Source of the DNA: Bdellovibrionales bacterium
GTDB taxonomy: Bacteria > Bdellovibrionota > Bdellovibrionia > Bdellovibrionales > JAGQZY01
Direction of reading: 5' to 3'
NCBI GenBank assembly: GCA_043757265.1
Contig: JAYUQP010000040.1
Location: 70,449-134,448 of the forward strand
DNA: 64,000 nucleotides
The notes under the pieces were generated by a model. It worked only from the letters and a program-made list of their open reading frames with translations, had not been told where the DNA came from and did no database searches. The stretch's first letter is position 1. Each line of letters begins with the position of its first letter. Shown piece after piece: positions 1-9,855 of the stretch. The position numbers and the translations under genes were made by a program.

Positions 1-302
1 GAGTTGGACCGCAAAAGGCACGTTTGGTTGCCGACATGATTCGGGGAAAGTCGATTAACGAAGCAATTCGTATATTGACCTTCGAACCACAGAAGTCTGG
101 CAAAATGATTAAAAAGCTTGTGGAATCTGCAGTGGCAAACGCTGAAGTAAAGCAAGTGATCGATGTGGATAATCTTTACGTTAAGATTATCTTTGTTGAT
201 GCTGGACCCGTAATTAAAAGATTTATTCCTCGTTCGCAAGGACGTGCGACTGAGATTAAAAAGAGAACAAGCCATATCAACGTCGTATTGGACGAGAGGT
301 AA
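1..302 (+). CDS. rplV: 50S ribosomal protein L22, 5'-truncated by window edge
   Basis: Frame open from nt 3 (..GPQKARLVADMIRGKS..). The C-terminus RFIPRSQGRATEIKKRTSHI is typical of L22. It is followed directly by rpsC, as in the S10 operon. Confidence 0.9.
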   Translation, partial: VGPQKARLVADMIRGKSINEAIRILTFEPQKSGKMIKKLVESAVANAEVKQVIDVDNLYVKIIFVDAGPVIKRFIPRSQGRATEIKKRTSHINVVLDER

Positions 303-305
303 TTC

Positions 306-971
306 GTGGGACAAAAAGTTAATCCAATTGGATTCAGAGTCGGTGTTATCAGAACTTGGGATTCTCGCTGGTTTGCGGGTGGACCTCTATATGCAATTCA
401 ACTTCATGAAGACATCAGACTGCGCAAATATCTCAAGGCAAAATTAAAACATGCCGGCGTAGCAAAAATCGAGATGGAGAGAGCTGCTAAAAAACTAAAG
501 ATTGTGATTTCTACCGCTCGCCCTGGTGTTGTCATTGGAAAAAAAGGCGCCGGTATCGATTCACTTAAAGAAGAAATTCAAAGAATGACTCCGAACGAAG
601 TGTTCTTGAACATCCAGGAAATTCGCAAGCCTGATATGGACTCACAACTTGTTGCTGAAAATATCGCTATGCAGCTGGAAAAACGGGTCTCTTGGAGACG
701 CGCAATGAAAAAAGCAATCGCATCGGCTATCCGAAGCGGTGTGCGCGGTATCAAAATTAAAGTTTCTGGTCGTCTTGATGGTGCCGAAATTGCTCGTACA
801 GAATGGTATAACGAAAAAAGCGTTCCACTTCACACTCTCCGTGCTGACATTGATTATGGCACAGCCGAAGCATTAACTGCTTACGGAATTATTGGTTTAA
901 AAGTTTGGATATATAAAGGTGACGTGCTGAGTGCACGTGAAGCAGAGGAGGCGGGTCGTGCTAAGTCCTAA
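306..971 (+). CDS. rpsC: 30S ribosomal protein S3
   Basis: GTG start. N-terminus [13 protein letters not shown] and the KH-domain GKKG motif. Conserved position after rplV. Confidence 0.97.
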   Translation: MGQKVNPIGFRVGVIRTWDSRWFAGGPLYAIQLHEDIRLRKYLKAKLKHAGVAKIEMERAAKKLKIVISTARPGVVIGKKGAGIDSLKEEIQRMTPNEVFLNIQEIRKPDMDSQLVAENIAMQLEKRVSWRRAMKKAIASAIRSGVRGIKIKVSGRLDGAEIARTEWYNEKSVPLHTLRADIDYGTAEALTAYGIIGLKVWIYKGDVLSAREAEEAGRAKS

Positions 972-1368
972 ACGCGTTAAATGGAGAAAACAGCACAAAG
1001 GGAAAATGAAGGGTCTCGCCACGCGAGCTTGTTCGCTTTCCTTTGGCGATTTTGGTTTGAAAGTGATGACAAACGGATGGCTCTCTGCTCGCCAACTCGA
1101 GGCAGGTCGTATTGCGATCAGCCGAAGCATTAAGCGTGGTGGAAAAGTTTGGATTCGCGTGTATCCGCACAAACCAATTACGCAAAAGCCGGCAGAAGTG
1201 CGAATGGGATCAGGCAAAGGGAATCCAGAATACTGGGTGGCAGTTGTCAAGCCAGGGACTATCCTTTTCGAAATTAACGGAGTGACACGTGAACAAGCTG
1301 CAGAAGCTTTTCGCTTAGCTGGTCACAAAATGCCGTTTAAAACAAAGTTCATCGCGAGAGAGGTATAA
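958..1368 (+). CDS. rplP: 50S ribosomal protein L16
   Basis: GTG at 958 lies 6 nt after GGAGG (947-951). (M)[14 protein letters not shown] is the canonical L16 N-terminus. The ORF-track start at 931 is probably too far upstream. Overlaps the rpsC end by 14 nt. Confidence 0.93.
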   Translation: MLSPKRVKWRKQHKGKMKGLATRACSLSFGDFGLKVMTNGWLSARQLEAGRIAISRSIKRGGKVWIRVYPHKPITQKPAEVRMGSGKGNPEYWVAVVKPGTILFEINGVTREQAAEAFRLAGHKMPFKTKFIAREV

Positions 1369-1369
1369 A

Positions 1370-1567
1370 ATGAAAGTTACAGACGTAAAAGAACTCTCAG
1401 GTGTTGAATTAAATAAAAAAATTCGTGAGACAAAAGAAAAGATGTTCGAGGCGAGAATGAAAAACTCGATGGGTCAGATGACAAATCCTGTATCCATTCG
1501 CGGGATGCGCAGAGACATCGCTCGTTTAAAAACTGTATTGACTGCTAAATTAAGAGGTACTCCATGA
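1370..1567 (+). CDS. rpmC: 50S ribosomal protein L29
   Basis: 65 aa with an ELNKKIRETKEKMFEARMK helix pattern. Sits between rplP and rpsQ. Confidence 0.9.
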   Translation: MKVTDVKELSGVELNKKIRETKEKMFEARMKNSMGQMTNPVSIRGMRRDIARLKTVLTAKLRGTP

Positions 1568-1842
1568 GTGAGACAAATGATAGAGGTCGTCGTAAAGAAG
1601 AAACTGGGACGGTAGTTGCAAACAAAATGCAAAAAACCATCACCGTGATGACGTACCGTTCAGTGATGCACCCAAAATACAAAAAGTACGTAAAGAAAAC
1701 GTCTGTGTTTAAAGCACACGACGAAAAGGGTGAGGCAAAAGTTGGTGACAAAGTTCGCATTTTTGAAGTGCGACCTTTGAGCAAAACGAAACGTTGGAAA
1801 CTTGCGGAAATCGTTGAAAAAGCGAGCCGGGGTCAGGAGTAA
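1564..1842 (+). CDS. rpsQ: 30S ribosomal protein S17
   Basis: 92 aa containing GTVVANKMQKTITV and KYKKYVKKTSVFKAHDE. 4-nt overlap with rpmC. Confidence 0.92.
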   Translation: MSETNDRGRRKEETGTVVANKMQKTITVMTYRSVMHPKYKKYVKKTSVFKAHDEKGEAKVGDKVRIFEVRPLSKTKRWKLAEIVEKASRGQE

Positions 1843-1845
1843 TTT

Positions 1846-2214
1846 ATGATTCAGCAACAAAGTCGAATGAAAGTTGCAGACAATTCAGGCGCTAAAGAAG
1901 TTATGTGTATCAAGGTACTTGGCGGATCCAAAAAACGTTCAGCGGCTGTTGGTGACATCGTCGTTGTCTCCGTTAAGTCGGCTTTACCAACTTCAAAAGT
2001 CAAAAAAGGTGAGGTTGCTAAGGCGGTTATCGTGCGAACGGTGCACATGATTCGTCGTGCGGATGGCACATGCATCAAATTCGATGATAACGCTGCGGTT
2101 TTGATTAACGCTGCTAAAGAACCCATTGGAACACGTATTTTTGGACCAGTTGCCCGTGAGCTTCGTGCAAAACAATTTGTGAAGATTGTTTCATTGGCTC
2201 CAGAAGTCCTATAG
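1846..2214 (+). CDS. rplN: 50S ribosomal protein L14
   Basis: [17 protein letters not shown]... over 122 aa is a canonical L14. Confidence 0.97.
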   Translation: MIQQQSRMKVADNSGAKEVMCIKVLGGSKKRSAAVGDIVVVSVKSALPTSKVKKGEVAKAVIVRTVHMIRRADGTCIKFDDNAAVLINAAKEPIGTRIFGPVARELRAKQFVKIVSLAPEVL

Positions 2215-2225
2215 GTTGGTGAGAT

Positions 2226-2768
2226 ATGAAAAACAGATTATACGTAAAATACAGAAGCGAAATTGCACTATCTCTAAAAAAAGAGCTTGGCTATGATAAT
2301 ATCATGCAAATTCCGAAGCTTGAGAAGATTGTGATCAATCAGTGTCTTTCAGATGCTGTTCAGAACGCGAAAATTCTTAATACCGCTGCCGAAGAAATTG
2401 CTGTGATCGCGGGGCAAAAACCTTTGATCACCAAAGCTAAAAAATCAATTTCGAACTTTAAGCTTCGTGAGGGTATGCCAATCGGCGTCACTGTCACGCT
2501 TCGTAAAGATAAAATGTGGGCATTTTTCGATCGCCTAATTTCATTATCTTTACCACGTGTGCGCGATTTCCGCGGCCTTCCCACTCGAGGATTTGATGGT
2601 CGTGGAAACTACAACATGGGTCTCAAAGAACAAACGGTATTTCCAGAGATTAACTACGATAAAGTTGATAAAGCGCGCGGGATGAACATAACAATTTGTA
2701 CGACAGCCAAAAATGATGCTGAGGGGAAAGCGCTACTTGATGCTTTTGGCTTCCCATTTAGAAAATAA
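2226..2768 (+). CDS. rplE: 50S ribosomal protein L5
   Basis: 180 aa containing [14 protein letters not shown] and [12 protein letters not shown]. Starts 11 nt after rplN, with no rplX in between. Confidence 0.97.
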   Translation: MKNRLYVKYRSEIALSLKKELGYDNIMQIPKLEKIVINQCLSDAVQNAKILNTAAEEIAVIAGQKPLITKAKKSISNFKLREGMPIGVTVTLRKDKMWAFFDRLISLSLPRVRDFRGLPTRGFDGRGNYNMGLKEQTVFPEINYDKVDKARGMNITICTTAKNDAEGKALLDAFGFPFRK

Positions 2769-2780
2769 AAGGACGTATAT

Positions 2781-3086
2781 ATGGCAAGATTAAGTCACAT
2801 CGCTAAAAATAAAAAAAGAGAAGCCTCAATCAAGAAATATCTTGGTTTACGGAGAGAATTGCGCGCAAAAATGAAGGACATGGGTCTTCCGCAAGAAGAT
2901 CGCGATGCAGCTCGCAGCCGTTTAACAAAACTACCGCGTATGTCGATGGAAAATCGACTCAATACACGTTGTGAAATTACGGGGAGACCAAAGGCAGTCT
3001 ACAAGAAATTTAAAATGAGTCGTTTAGCTTTTAGAGAATTGGCAAATACAGGTATGATTCCCGGCGTAACGAAGGCCAGCTGGTAG
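2781..3086 (+). CDS. rpsN: 30S ribosomal protein S14 (long form, without the four-Cys zinc motif)
   Basis: 101 aa ending [17 protein letters not shown]. Only one Cys. Confidence 0.93.
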   Translation: MARLSHIAKNKKREASIKKYLGLRRELRAKMKDMGLPQEDRDAARSRLTKLPRMSMENRLNTRCEITGRPKAVYKKFKMSRLAFRELANTGMIPGVTKASW

Positions 3087-3132
3087 ATAAATAAAAATTC
3101 GCACCCCTGGTTGGGTCGCGTGAGGAGATGAG

Positions 3133-3522
3133 ATGGATACAGTCGGTGATTTTCTAACAGTGATTAGAAACGGCGTGAAAGCCGGTCACGAAAAGGTAGA
3201 TGTGCCAAATTCAAAACAGAAAGAGGCCATTGCTGAAGTTTTAAAGAAAACGGATTACATCAGTTCGTTCAAAGTTGTTAAAGACGGTAAGCAAGGCGTA
3301 ATGCGTGTTTATTTGAACTATAATAACAACGGAAGTTCTAAAATTAGCGGTATCCGTCGCATGAGTCGTCCTGGTCGTCGTTATTACGTAAACGCAGAAA
3401 AAATACCAAACATAAGATCTGGTTATGGGCTTTCGATTGTAAGCACAAGCAAGGGTGTTATGAGTGGTGGAGAGGCAAAGAAGCTCAATGTTGGCGGCGA
3501 ACTTCTTTGCATCGTTTGGTAG
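3133..3522 (+). CDS. rpsH: 30S ribosomal protein S8
   Basis: GAGGAG RBS upstream. DTVGDFLTVIRNG N-terminus. 129 aa. Confidence 0.95.
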   Translation: MDTVGDFLTVIRNGVKAGHEKVDVPNSKQKEAIAEVLKKTDYISSFKVVKDGKQGVMRVYLNYNNNGSSKISGIRRMSRPGRRYYVNAEKIPNIRSGYGLSIVSTSKGVMSGGEAKKLNVGGELLCIVW

Positions 3523-3529
3523 GTGAAAT

Positions 3530-4072
3530 ATGTCAAGAATAGGTAAAAACCCAGTAAATTTCGATAGCAAAGTCAACGTGACGATCACTCCTAAGAACGA
3601 AGTGATTGTTAAAGGTGCAAAACACTCAATGACAGTGGTTATGCGTTCGGAGATTCAAGCTAAAATTGATACAGGTAAAATTGTATTAACTCGTAAAAAC
3701 GACGCAAAAGAGACAAAAGCTCTGCATGGTCTGTATCGAGCGTTAATTAATAACGCTGTTACGGGAGTCACAACGGGCTTCACGAAGTCCCTGTTTCTAC
3801 AAGGCGTTGGTTATCGTGCATCCATTGCCGGTCAAAAACTAGAATTGTCGTTGGGATTCAGTCATCCAGTGATTTACGAAATTCCTAAGGGAATTGAAAT
3901 TAAAGTAGATAAACAAACAACAGTGGTTGTTGCAGGGGCTGACAAAGCTCTCGTCGGACAGGTAGCAGCGATCATTCGCGGTTTCCGACCGCCTGAGCCG
4001 TACCTAGGAAAAGGTGTTCGTTACACTGATGAAGTCATCAGGCGTAAAGAGGGTAAGTCAGCAGGTAAATAA
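3530..4072 (+). CDS. rplF: 50S ribosomal protein L6
   Basis: MSRIGKNPV start. 180 aa with a two-domain L6 pattern. Conserved position. Confidence 0.95.
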   Translation: MSRIGKNPVNFDSKVNVTITPKNEVIVKGAKHSMTVVMRSEIQAKIDTGKIVLTRKNDAKETKALHGLYRALINNAVTGVTTGFTKSLFLQGVGYRASIAGQKLELSLGFSHPVIYEIPKGIEIKVDKQTTVVVAGADKALVGQVAAIIRGFRPPEPYLGKGVRYTDEVIRRKEGKSAGK

Positions 4073-4087
4073 TTAAAGAGGTGTAGT

Positions 4088-4456
4088 GTGAGATTAGTTA
4101 TAAATAAAAAAAACAGCCGCAAGCTAAAAGCACGTTCGACAAAAAAAGTGCGTATTCGCAAAAAAATCAAGGGTACGCTGGAACGTCCGCGCCTTTGTAT
4201 TTTTAAAAGTTTGAGCAATATGTACGCTCAGCTTGTTGATGATGTGTCGGGCAAAACGATCATCTCTGTATCTACCCTTGGCGAAGTTAAGGGAAAATCA
4301 GGCAAAGACGCTGCGTTTGAAGTAGGCAAAATGTTGGCTACGAAAGCGAAAGACAAAAAAATTGAAAAGATCGTTTTTGATCGAAGCGGGTATATTTATC
4401 ATGGACGTGTCAAAGCTGTAGCTGATGGTGCGCGTGAGGGTGGGCTGAATTTTTAA
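4088..4456 (+). CDS. rplR: 50S ribosomal protein L18
   Basis: GTG start. Contains RIRKKIKGTLERPRLCIFKSLSNMYAQL and YHGRVKAVADGAREGGL. Confidence 0.93.
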   Translation: MRLVINKKNSRKLKARSTKKVRIRKKIKGTLERPRLCIFKSLSNMYAQLVDDVSGKTIISVSTLGEVKGKSGKDAAFEVGKMLATKAKDKKIEKIVFDRSGYIYHGRVKAVADGAREGGLNF

Positions 4457-4474
4457 TTCTTAGAGGAGTTACGA

Positions 4475-4939
4475 ATGCAAGAAGTTGCAGAGTTTGAAGA
4501 AAAAGTTGTTGCTGTAAGACGCGTTGCCAAAGTTGTTAAGGGTGGACGTCGTTTCTCTTTTGCAGCCCTTGTGGTTGTTGGAAATGGAACAGGCAGTGTA
4601 GGTTACGGTACTGGTAAATCTGGTGAGGTGCCCGAAGCTATCGGCAAGGCATCACGTGGAGCTAAGAAAAAACTCCGAGACATTACCCTCGTTGAAGGTC
4701 GTACAATCGCTCACGAAGTTATCGGAAAATTTGGAGCGGCAACAGTTATAATGAGACCTGCAGCGCCTGGTACAGGAGTTATTGCAGGTGGAGCGGTTCG
4801 AGCCGTTCTAGAGTCAGCAGGTATAAAAGATATTTTAACAAAGTGTATTGGTACGCGTAACGCACACAATGCCGTGAGAGCGACTCTAAATGGTTTAGGT
4901 CAGCTACAAGGCAATACACTCATAAATACTTTCAAGTAA
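4475..4939 (+). CDS. rpsE: 30S ribosomal protein S5
   Basis: Contains [32 protein letters not shown] upstream. Confidence 0.95.
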   Translation: MQEVAEFEEKVVAVRRVAKVVKGGRRFSFAALVVVGNGTGSVGYGTGKSGEVPEAIGKASRGAKKKLRDITLVEGRTIAHEVIGKFGAATVIMRPAAPGTGVIAGGAVRAVLESAGIKDILTKCIGTRNAHNAVRATLNGLGQLQGNTLINTFK

Positions 4940-4952
4940 TAGGGCGGATCCC

Positions 4953-5138
4953 ATGGCGAAGAGTTTTAAAGTAAAGTTGATAAAAGGTTTAAGAGGATGT
5001 TCGCAGACTCAGCGCGAAACAGTTCGCTGTTTGGGCCTTCGGCGCGTGAATGCAGAAGTTGTGATGGTCGATAATCCGGCAAATCGTGGTCAGATCAGAA
5101 AAGTGCAACATCTTGTAACGGTTGTTGTACAAAATTAA
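4953..5138 (+). CDS. rpmD: 50S ribosomal protein L30
   Basis: 61 aa containing KVKLIKGLRGCSQTQRETVRCLGLRR. Confidence 0.88.
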   Translation: MAKSFKVKLIKGLRGCSQTQRETVRCLGLRRVNAEVVMVDNPANRGQIRKVQHLVTVVVQN

Positions 5139-5163
5139 TTTTGTTTTTTGAATGAGGAGTTTT

Positions 5164-5604
5164 ATGTTGTTAGATAAATTGAAACCATCTGCAGGATCCA
5201 CTCACTACCGTAAACGCGTAGGTCGTGGTCACGGTTCAGGTCTTGGCGGAACTGCTGGAAAAGGTCACAAAGGACAAAAAGCTCGTTCGGGTGGAACTGT
5301 TCGTCGAGGCTTTGAAGGTGGTCAAACTCCTTTAGTCCGTCGTCTTCCTAAGTTTGGTTTTACAAACGTTGCGTTCCGAACGAACTATGAAATCATGAAC
5401 CTCACAGATTTGACGAAATTTGGAACAGAGGTTTCGCCTGAAATTCTCTATAAAAACGGCGTAATTAAGAAGAATTCACTTCTCAAAGTACTCGCAAAGG
5501 GTACAATCGACAAAGCCGTGACAGTAAAAGCTCATAAGTTTAGCGAAAAAGCTAAACAAGCCATCGAAAAGGCCGGCGGAAAAATCGAGGTTATTGCACA
5601 GTGA
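5164..5604 (+). CDS. rplO: 50S ribosomal protein L15
   Basis: The ATG at 5164 follows GAGGAG (5155-5160). [12 protein letters not shown] matches L15 N-termini. The track start at 5152 lies inside the RBS. Confidence 0.92.
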   Translation: MLLDKLKPSAGSTHYRKRVGRGHGSGLGGTAGKGHKGQKARSGGTVRRGFEGGQTPLVRRLPKFGFTNVAFRTNYEIMNLTDLTKFGTEVSPEILYKNGVIKKNSLLKVLAKGTIDKAVTVKAHKFSEKAKQAIEKAGGKIEVIAQ

Positions 5605-6908
5605 GTACTGCCGAAAACATGATCAACAACAAAGATCTTCAACGTCGTTTGTTATTTACTCTTTTTTGCATCGCCGTCTTTCGATTCGGCATTCACATCC
5701 CAACACCGGGCGTGAATTCGGATGCCGTCCGCATGTTTTTTGAAAAACAAGCCGGTGGACTGTTTGGGGTCTTTAATACCTTTACAGGTGGGGCTCTTAA
5801 TCAGTTTAGTGTTCTTGCTTTAGGCATCATGCCTTACATATCAAGTTCAATTATCTTTCAACTTTTAAGCTCCATGGTGCCCTATCTCGAAGCCCTCAAA
5901 AAAGAAGGCGAGCCAGGACGCAAAAAGATTCAACAGTATACGCGCTGGGGAACGATTGTTCTTTGCGTTCTTCAATCTTATGGATTGTCGAATTTGCTCA
6001 TCGGTAAAGAAATAAATGGTCAATATCTATTCAATCCGCAAGTTGGTGCAATTCCACTTCAATTAATGACTGTCGTCACGCTGACTGCAGGTACTTGCTT
6101 TGTTATGTGGTTGGGTGAACAGATCACCGAGCGTGGCTTAGGCGAAGGGGCGAGTGTTATCATCTTCGCCGGTATTGCTGCAAATATCCCAACGGGAGCG
6201 TTCAACCTTTGGAATGCCGTAAGCTCGGGGCAGATGAGCGGATTATTAGCTCTTCTTCTCTTAGCATTCATGGCTTTCGTTCTAGGTTGCATCATTTACT
6301 TCGAAGTTGCACAACGACGAATTCCAATTCATATGTCACAAAAAGGCGCCAACCGTGCGCCACAAATGCTAGGCAGCTACCTTCCTTTGAAGGTGAATCT
6401 TTGTGGCGTTCTCCCTCCCATTTTTGCCTATGCAATTTTAGGCTTTCCATCGACGTTAGCCACATTTTCACAGGCTCCATGGATCCAGGGTTTGCAGCAG
6501 CAATTTAGTCAAACTGGTGCTTTGTTTAATATTTTCTTCATCGCGCTGGTGACATTTTTCTCGTTTTTCTACACTGAATTAATGTATCCGCCGAACGAAA
6601 TGGCCGAAAATCTAAAAAAGGCTGGAAAGTTTATTCCTGGTATTCGCGCAGGAAGAAGCACATCTGAATATATTCAATCTGTGATGGAGCGATTGAATGT
6701 GGCCGGCTCCATTTATTTGTGCACGATTTGTATTTTGCCAACAATCTTGGCGACTCAGGCTTCTGTTCCATTTATGTTCGGTGGAACAAGCGTTTTAATT
6801 TTGGTGGGTGTGGCGTTACAGCTGATCGAAAAGATCAATGCCTACCGTTACGAAGCTATGATCAAGACGGCACAGCGTCCGCGTCGTACTCGTAGGGTGA
6901 GCTTTTGA
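5601..6908 (+). CDS. secY: Preprotein translocase subunit SecY
   Basis: 435-aa polytopic protein containing [11 protein letters not shown] and [12 protein letters not shown] overlap with rplO. Confidence 0.97.
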   Translation: MSTAENMINNKDLQRRLLFTLFCIAVFRFGIHIPTPGVNSDAVRMFFEKQAGGLFGVFNTFTGGALNQFSVLALGIMPYISSSIIFQLLSSMVPYLEALKKEGEPGRKKIQQYTRWGTIVLCVLQSYGLSNLLIGKEINGQYLFNPQVGAIPLQLMTVVTLTAGTCFVMWLGEQITERGLGEGASVIIFAGIAANIPTGAFNLWNAVSSGQMSGLLALLLLAFMAFVLGCIIYFEVAQRRIPIHMSQKGANRAPQMLGSYLPLKVNLCGVLPPIFAYAILGFPSTLATFSQAPWIQGLQQQFSQTGALFNIFFIALVTFFSFFYTELMYPPNEMAENLKKAGKFIPGIRAGRSTSEYIQSVMERLNVAGSIYLCTICILPTILATQASVPFMFGGTSVLILVGVALQLIEKINAYRYEAMIKTAQRPRRTRRVSF

Positions 6909-7543
6909 GCCTAGTACTTTTTGGTCCTCCGGGAGCTGGCAAGGGGACGCAGTCCCAGCAAATGCTGGAGACCAAACCTTTTCTCCATCTCAGTACTGGA
7001 AATTTACTTCGGGAGGCGATTCAACAGAGATCGCCCCTTGGCGTTGAAGCTCAATCCTATGTAGATGCAGGCAAACTTGTTCCTGACTCCGTGGTTATTG
7101 GACTCGTACGTGAGTCCATTGAAAAAAATAAAAACTCCCGGTTTATTTTCGACGGTTTTCCAAGAACCATCGTGCAGGCTGAGGCTCTCGAGAAGCAAAT
7201 TGACGAAATTGGTGCCATTGAGATTCAAAAAGCGCTGTTTTTGGAAGTTCCCCAGGATAGCCTCCTGCAACGGCTGAGTGGCAGAAGAGTTTGTAAAAAT
7301 TGCGGGGCTGTTTTTCACGAGGAGAACAATCCCACGAAAAAGCCGGGTGTTTGCAACGCCTGCGGGGGCGAAGTCTATCAGCGTAAGGACGATGCAGCCG
7401 AGGCGATCCAGACTCGATTGGAAGCCTATGAGAAATCAACAGCACCTTTGAAAGAGTATTACATCAAAAAAGGTCTGTTCGTTTCTATCGATGGCGTTGG
7501 GTCATCTCAAAGCGTCTTTGGACGCATACAAACGTATCTCTAG
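6905..7543 (+). CDS. adk: Adenylate kinase with four-Cys zinc lid
   Basis: TTG start. GPPGAGKGTQ P-loop. Lid sequence CKNCG...CNACGG. Confidence 0.95.
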   Translation: MSLVLFGPPGAGKGTQSQQMLETKPFLHLSTGNLLREAIQQRSPLGVEAQSYVDAGKLVPDSVVIGLVRESIEKNKNSRFIFDGFPRTIVQAEALEKQIDEIGAIEIQKALFLEVPQDSLLQRLSGRRVCKNCGAVFHEENNPTKKPGVCNACGGEVYQRKDDAAEAIQTRLEAYEKSTAPLKEYYIKKGLFVSIDGVGSSQSVFGRIQTYL

Positions 7544-7593
7544 AGGTTGTTTTCTGTTATTTCGAGAACTCTAAGAAGGTGTCTAGTTTCGTT

Positions 7594-7683
7594 ATGACTT
7601 CTCTCGCTGATATTGAGCTTATGGGTCAGATGTTGTGCATCTGTGGTCCATCTGTAGTCCTCGTCGCCTCGGCTTGCATTTAA
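7594..7683 (+). CDS. Speculative 29-aa hydrophobic, Cys-containing small ORF (MTSLADIELMGQMLCICGPSVVLVASACI)
   Basis: ATG..TAA ORF in the adk-rpmJ spacer, 40 nt upstream of a hairpin plus T8. No good RBS at proper spacing. Below the ORF-track cutoff. Confidence 0.12.
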   Translation: MTSLADIELMGQMLCICGPSVVLVASACI

Positions 7684-7722
7684 TATCAACTCACTTTGTA
7701 TTGATGAAAATGGACACTCTCT

Positions 7723-7750
7723 AACTATTTTTTAAATAGTTCTTTTTTTT
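7723..7750 (+). terminator. Putative rho-independent terminator ending the spc operon
   Basis: Stem aactattt (7723-7730), loop ttt, stem aaatagtt (7734-7741), then c plus T8 (7743-7750). The stem is AT-rich and therefore weak. Confidence 0.4.
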
Positions 7751-7824
7751 CTAAAATTATCTGGACTCTGTCCGTAGGCCGGTGCTAGATTTGCCGGTCT
7801 GTCAATTTATTTTTTGGAGGTCAG

Positions 7825-7938
7825 GTGAAGGTTCGAGCATCTGTGAAGAAAATTTGCAAGAAGTGTAAAGTGTTGAAGCGACGAGGAACCGTTCGTGTTA
7901 TCTGTGAAAATCCAAAGCACAAACAAAGGCAAGGTTAA
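7825..7938 (+). CDS. rpmJ: 50S ribosomal protein L36 (zinc-ribbon form)
   Basis: GTG start 4 nt after GGAGG. Hand translation gives (M)[36 protein letters not shown], 37 aa, with the CxxC...C....H pattern. Not in the ORF track because it is under 60 aa. Confidence 0.92.
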   Translation: MKVRASVKKICKKCKVLKRRGTVRVICENPKHKQRQG

Positions 7939-7940
7939 AT

Positions 7941-8318
7941 ATGGCTCGTATATCGGGTATTGATATACCGAAAAACAAAAGGGTAGAAATTTCCTTAACT
8001 TACATCTATGGAGTGGGCCGCAAGAGATCCAAAGACATATGTACAGCAATGGGTTTTTCGCCAACAAAAAGAACTCATGAGTTGAACGATGAAGAGATCG
8101 CAAAAATTCGCGATATGATTCAAGCTCAGTTCAAAATTGAAGGTGATCTTCGTCGAGAAATTTCAATGTCTATCAAGCGCCTCATGGATCTTGGTACATA
8201 TCGTGGAACTCGTCACAAAAAAGGACTTCCTGTTCGCGGACAAAGAACTAAGAGCAACGCGCGCACAAGAAAAGGTCCTCGTAAGACAGTGGCTAACAAG
8301 AAAAAAGCAGTGATGTAA
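7941..8318 (+). CDS. rpsM: 30S ribosomal protein S13
   Basis: [26 protein letters not shown] is a canonical N-terminus. Confidence 0.96.
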   Translation: MARISGIDIPKNKRVEISLTYIYGVGRKRSKDICTAMGFSPTKRTHELNDEEIAKIRDMIQAQFKIEGDLRREISMSIKRLMDLGTYRGTRHKKGLPVRGQRTKSNARTRKGPRKTVANKKKAVM

Positions 8319-8332
8319 GGAAGGGTTGATTT

Positions 8333-8749
8333 ATGGCTGAGACTACAGGTGCAAAAACCGGAGCTGGCGCAAACAAGCCAGTTAAAAAGAAAACGAAAAA
8401 AAACATTCCTAACGGACGTTGCTACATTCAAGCTGGATTTGGAAACACAATTGTTACCATTACAGATGTGATGGGAAATACCATCAGCTGGGCTGCTTCA
8501 GGAATGTTGGGTTTTAAGGGAAGCCGTAAAGGCACTCCTTTCGCATCGCAACTTGCAGCAGAAGATGCGGCTAAAAAAGCAATTGAACAGGGACTTAAGA
8601 GCGTAGACGTATATTTGAAAGGTCCTGGCGCTGGCCGCGAACCTGCAATTCGTGCTCTTGCCAATGCAGGAATCCGTGTAAACTCCATGCGAGATCTTAC
8701 ACCAGTTCCACACAACGGCTGCCGCCCACCAAAGAGAAGAAGAGTTTAA
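8333..8749 (+). CDS. rpsK: 30S ribosomal protein S11
   Basis: Contains [18 protein letters not shown] and [16 protein letters not shown]. Confidence 0.96.
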   Translation: MAETTGAKTGAGANKPVKKKTKKNIPNGRCYIQAGFGNTIVTITDVMGNTISWAASGMLGFKGSRKGTPFASQLAAEDAAKKAIEQGLKSVDVYLKGPGAGREPAIRALANAGIRVNSMRDLTPVPHNGCRPPKRRRV

Positions 8750-8777
8750 TATTTTATCACGATCGAACGGAGAATAG

Positions 8778-9842
8778 ATGCAACAAGAACATTACTATAA
8801 ATTTTGGAGAGATTTGATCAGTCCCAAAGGCGTTGAGGTTGATTCGGATTCCCTTAGCACTACTTATGGGAAATTCACAATTCGCCCGCTTGAGAGAGGC
8901 TATGGAATTACCATCGGGAATTCACTTCGCCGAGTTCTATTGAGCTCAATGATGGGGTCTTCTGTATCTGCAGTTCGCTTTGATAAAGTTTTGCATGAGT
9001 TCTCCACAATTCCTGATGTGATGGAAGACGTTACAGATATCATTTTGAATCTTAAACAAGTGCGTTTCCGCCAGCACACTCCAGATGTTTTGAACTTAAA
9101 AATTTCCAAATCAGGTTCAGGCAAAGTGACCGCTGCAGACATCCAGTTGAATGATAAAATTGAAGTGCTAAATCCAGAGCAACACATTGCCACTCTAGGA
9201 GCAAATTCGAAGTTTGAAGCTGACATCACTGTGAGCTTTGGCCGCGGTTATGTTCCGTCTGAAGAGCTAGAACAAGCCAGCACCGGCGTCGGTATTGTGC
9301 CAGTTGATGCTATTTACTCTCCTATCCGCCGTGTGAATTACAATGTAACTAACGCGCGCGTAGGGCAAAAAACCGATTACGATGCACTCACTTTGGAAGT
9401 TTGGACCGACGGTTCAATTAAGCCAGAAGAAGCTGTTGCTCTTGCTGCAAAAATTATGAAAGAGCAGTTACAAGTCTTCGTAACATTTGACGAGGCTGTC
9501 GAGCCTACGACCGAAAAAGAAGAAAAGCGTTCACCAGTTCTTAACGAAAACCTTTTTCGCTCAGTTGACGATCTTGAGCTTTCAGTCCGCAGCGCAAACT
9601 GCTTAAAGAATGCTAACATTCGTTTTATTGGTGAATTGGTTGTGAAGTCTGAAGCTGAAATGCTCAAGACTAAAAACTTTGGACGTAAATCATTAAATGA
9701 AATTAAAGAGATTCTTGTTGAGATGGGATTAGGCTTAGGTCTAAAAATCGATGGATGGCCGCCAGTTGGTTGGAATCCAAACACCCAAGCTCCTACAAGT
9801 TCACGAGTTGCTAGCGTTACTACTGGGAATGAACCGCAATAG
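8778..9842 (+). CDS. rpoA: DNA-directed RNA polymerase subunit alpha
   Basis: Contains [17 protein letters not shown] and the alpha-CTD sequence [21 protein letters not shown]. 354 aa with a short extra Pro/Thr/Ser-rich tail. Confidence 0.96.
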   Translation: MQQEHYYKFWRDLISPKGVEVDSDSLSTTYGKFTIRPLERGYGITIGNSLRRVLLSSMMGSSVSAVRFDKVLHEFSTIPDVMEDVTDIILNLKQVRFRQHTPDVLNLKISKSGSGKVTAADIQLNDKIEVLNPEQHIATLGANSKFEADITVSFGRGYVPSEELEQASTGVGIVPVDAIYSPIRRVNYNVTNARVGQKTDYDALTLEVWTDGSIKPEEAVALAAKIMKEQLQVFVTFDEAVEPTTEKEEKRSPVLNENLFRSVDDLELSVRSANCLKNANIRFIGELVVKSEAEMLKTKNFGRKSLNEIKEILVEMGLGLGLKIDGWPPVGWNPNTQAPTSSRVASVTTGNEPQ

Positions 9843-9855
9843 TCGGGAGTGAGTT

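Noticed and set aside
7594-7760. Idea that the adk-rpmJ spacer is a decayed infA pseudogene
   Set aside because: Only a similarity of about 7 residues (DIELMGQ versus IEMQG) supports it. Other frames show no convincing IF-1 OB-fold remnants. It is kept as a low-weight note within a finding and not called as a pseudogene.
642-9784. Many antisense or overlapping ORFs in the ribosomal block, for example 897..1250(-), 3241..3588(-), 6209..6508(+), 7807..8103(-), 8428..8715(-) and 9377..9784(-)
   Set aside because: Each lies opposite or out of frame to a highly conserved ribosomal, secY, adk or rpoA gene. They have no RBS and are shadow ORFs.
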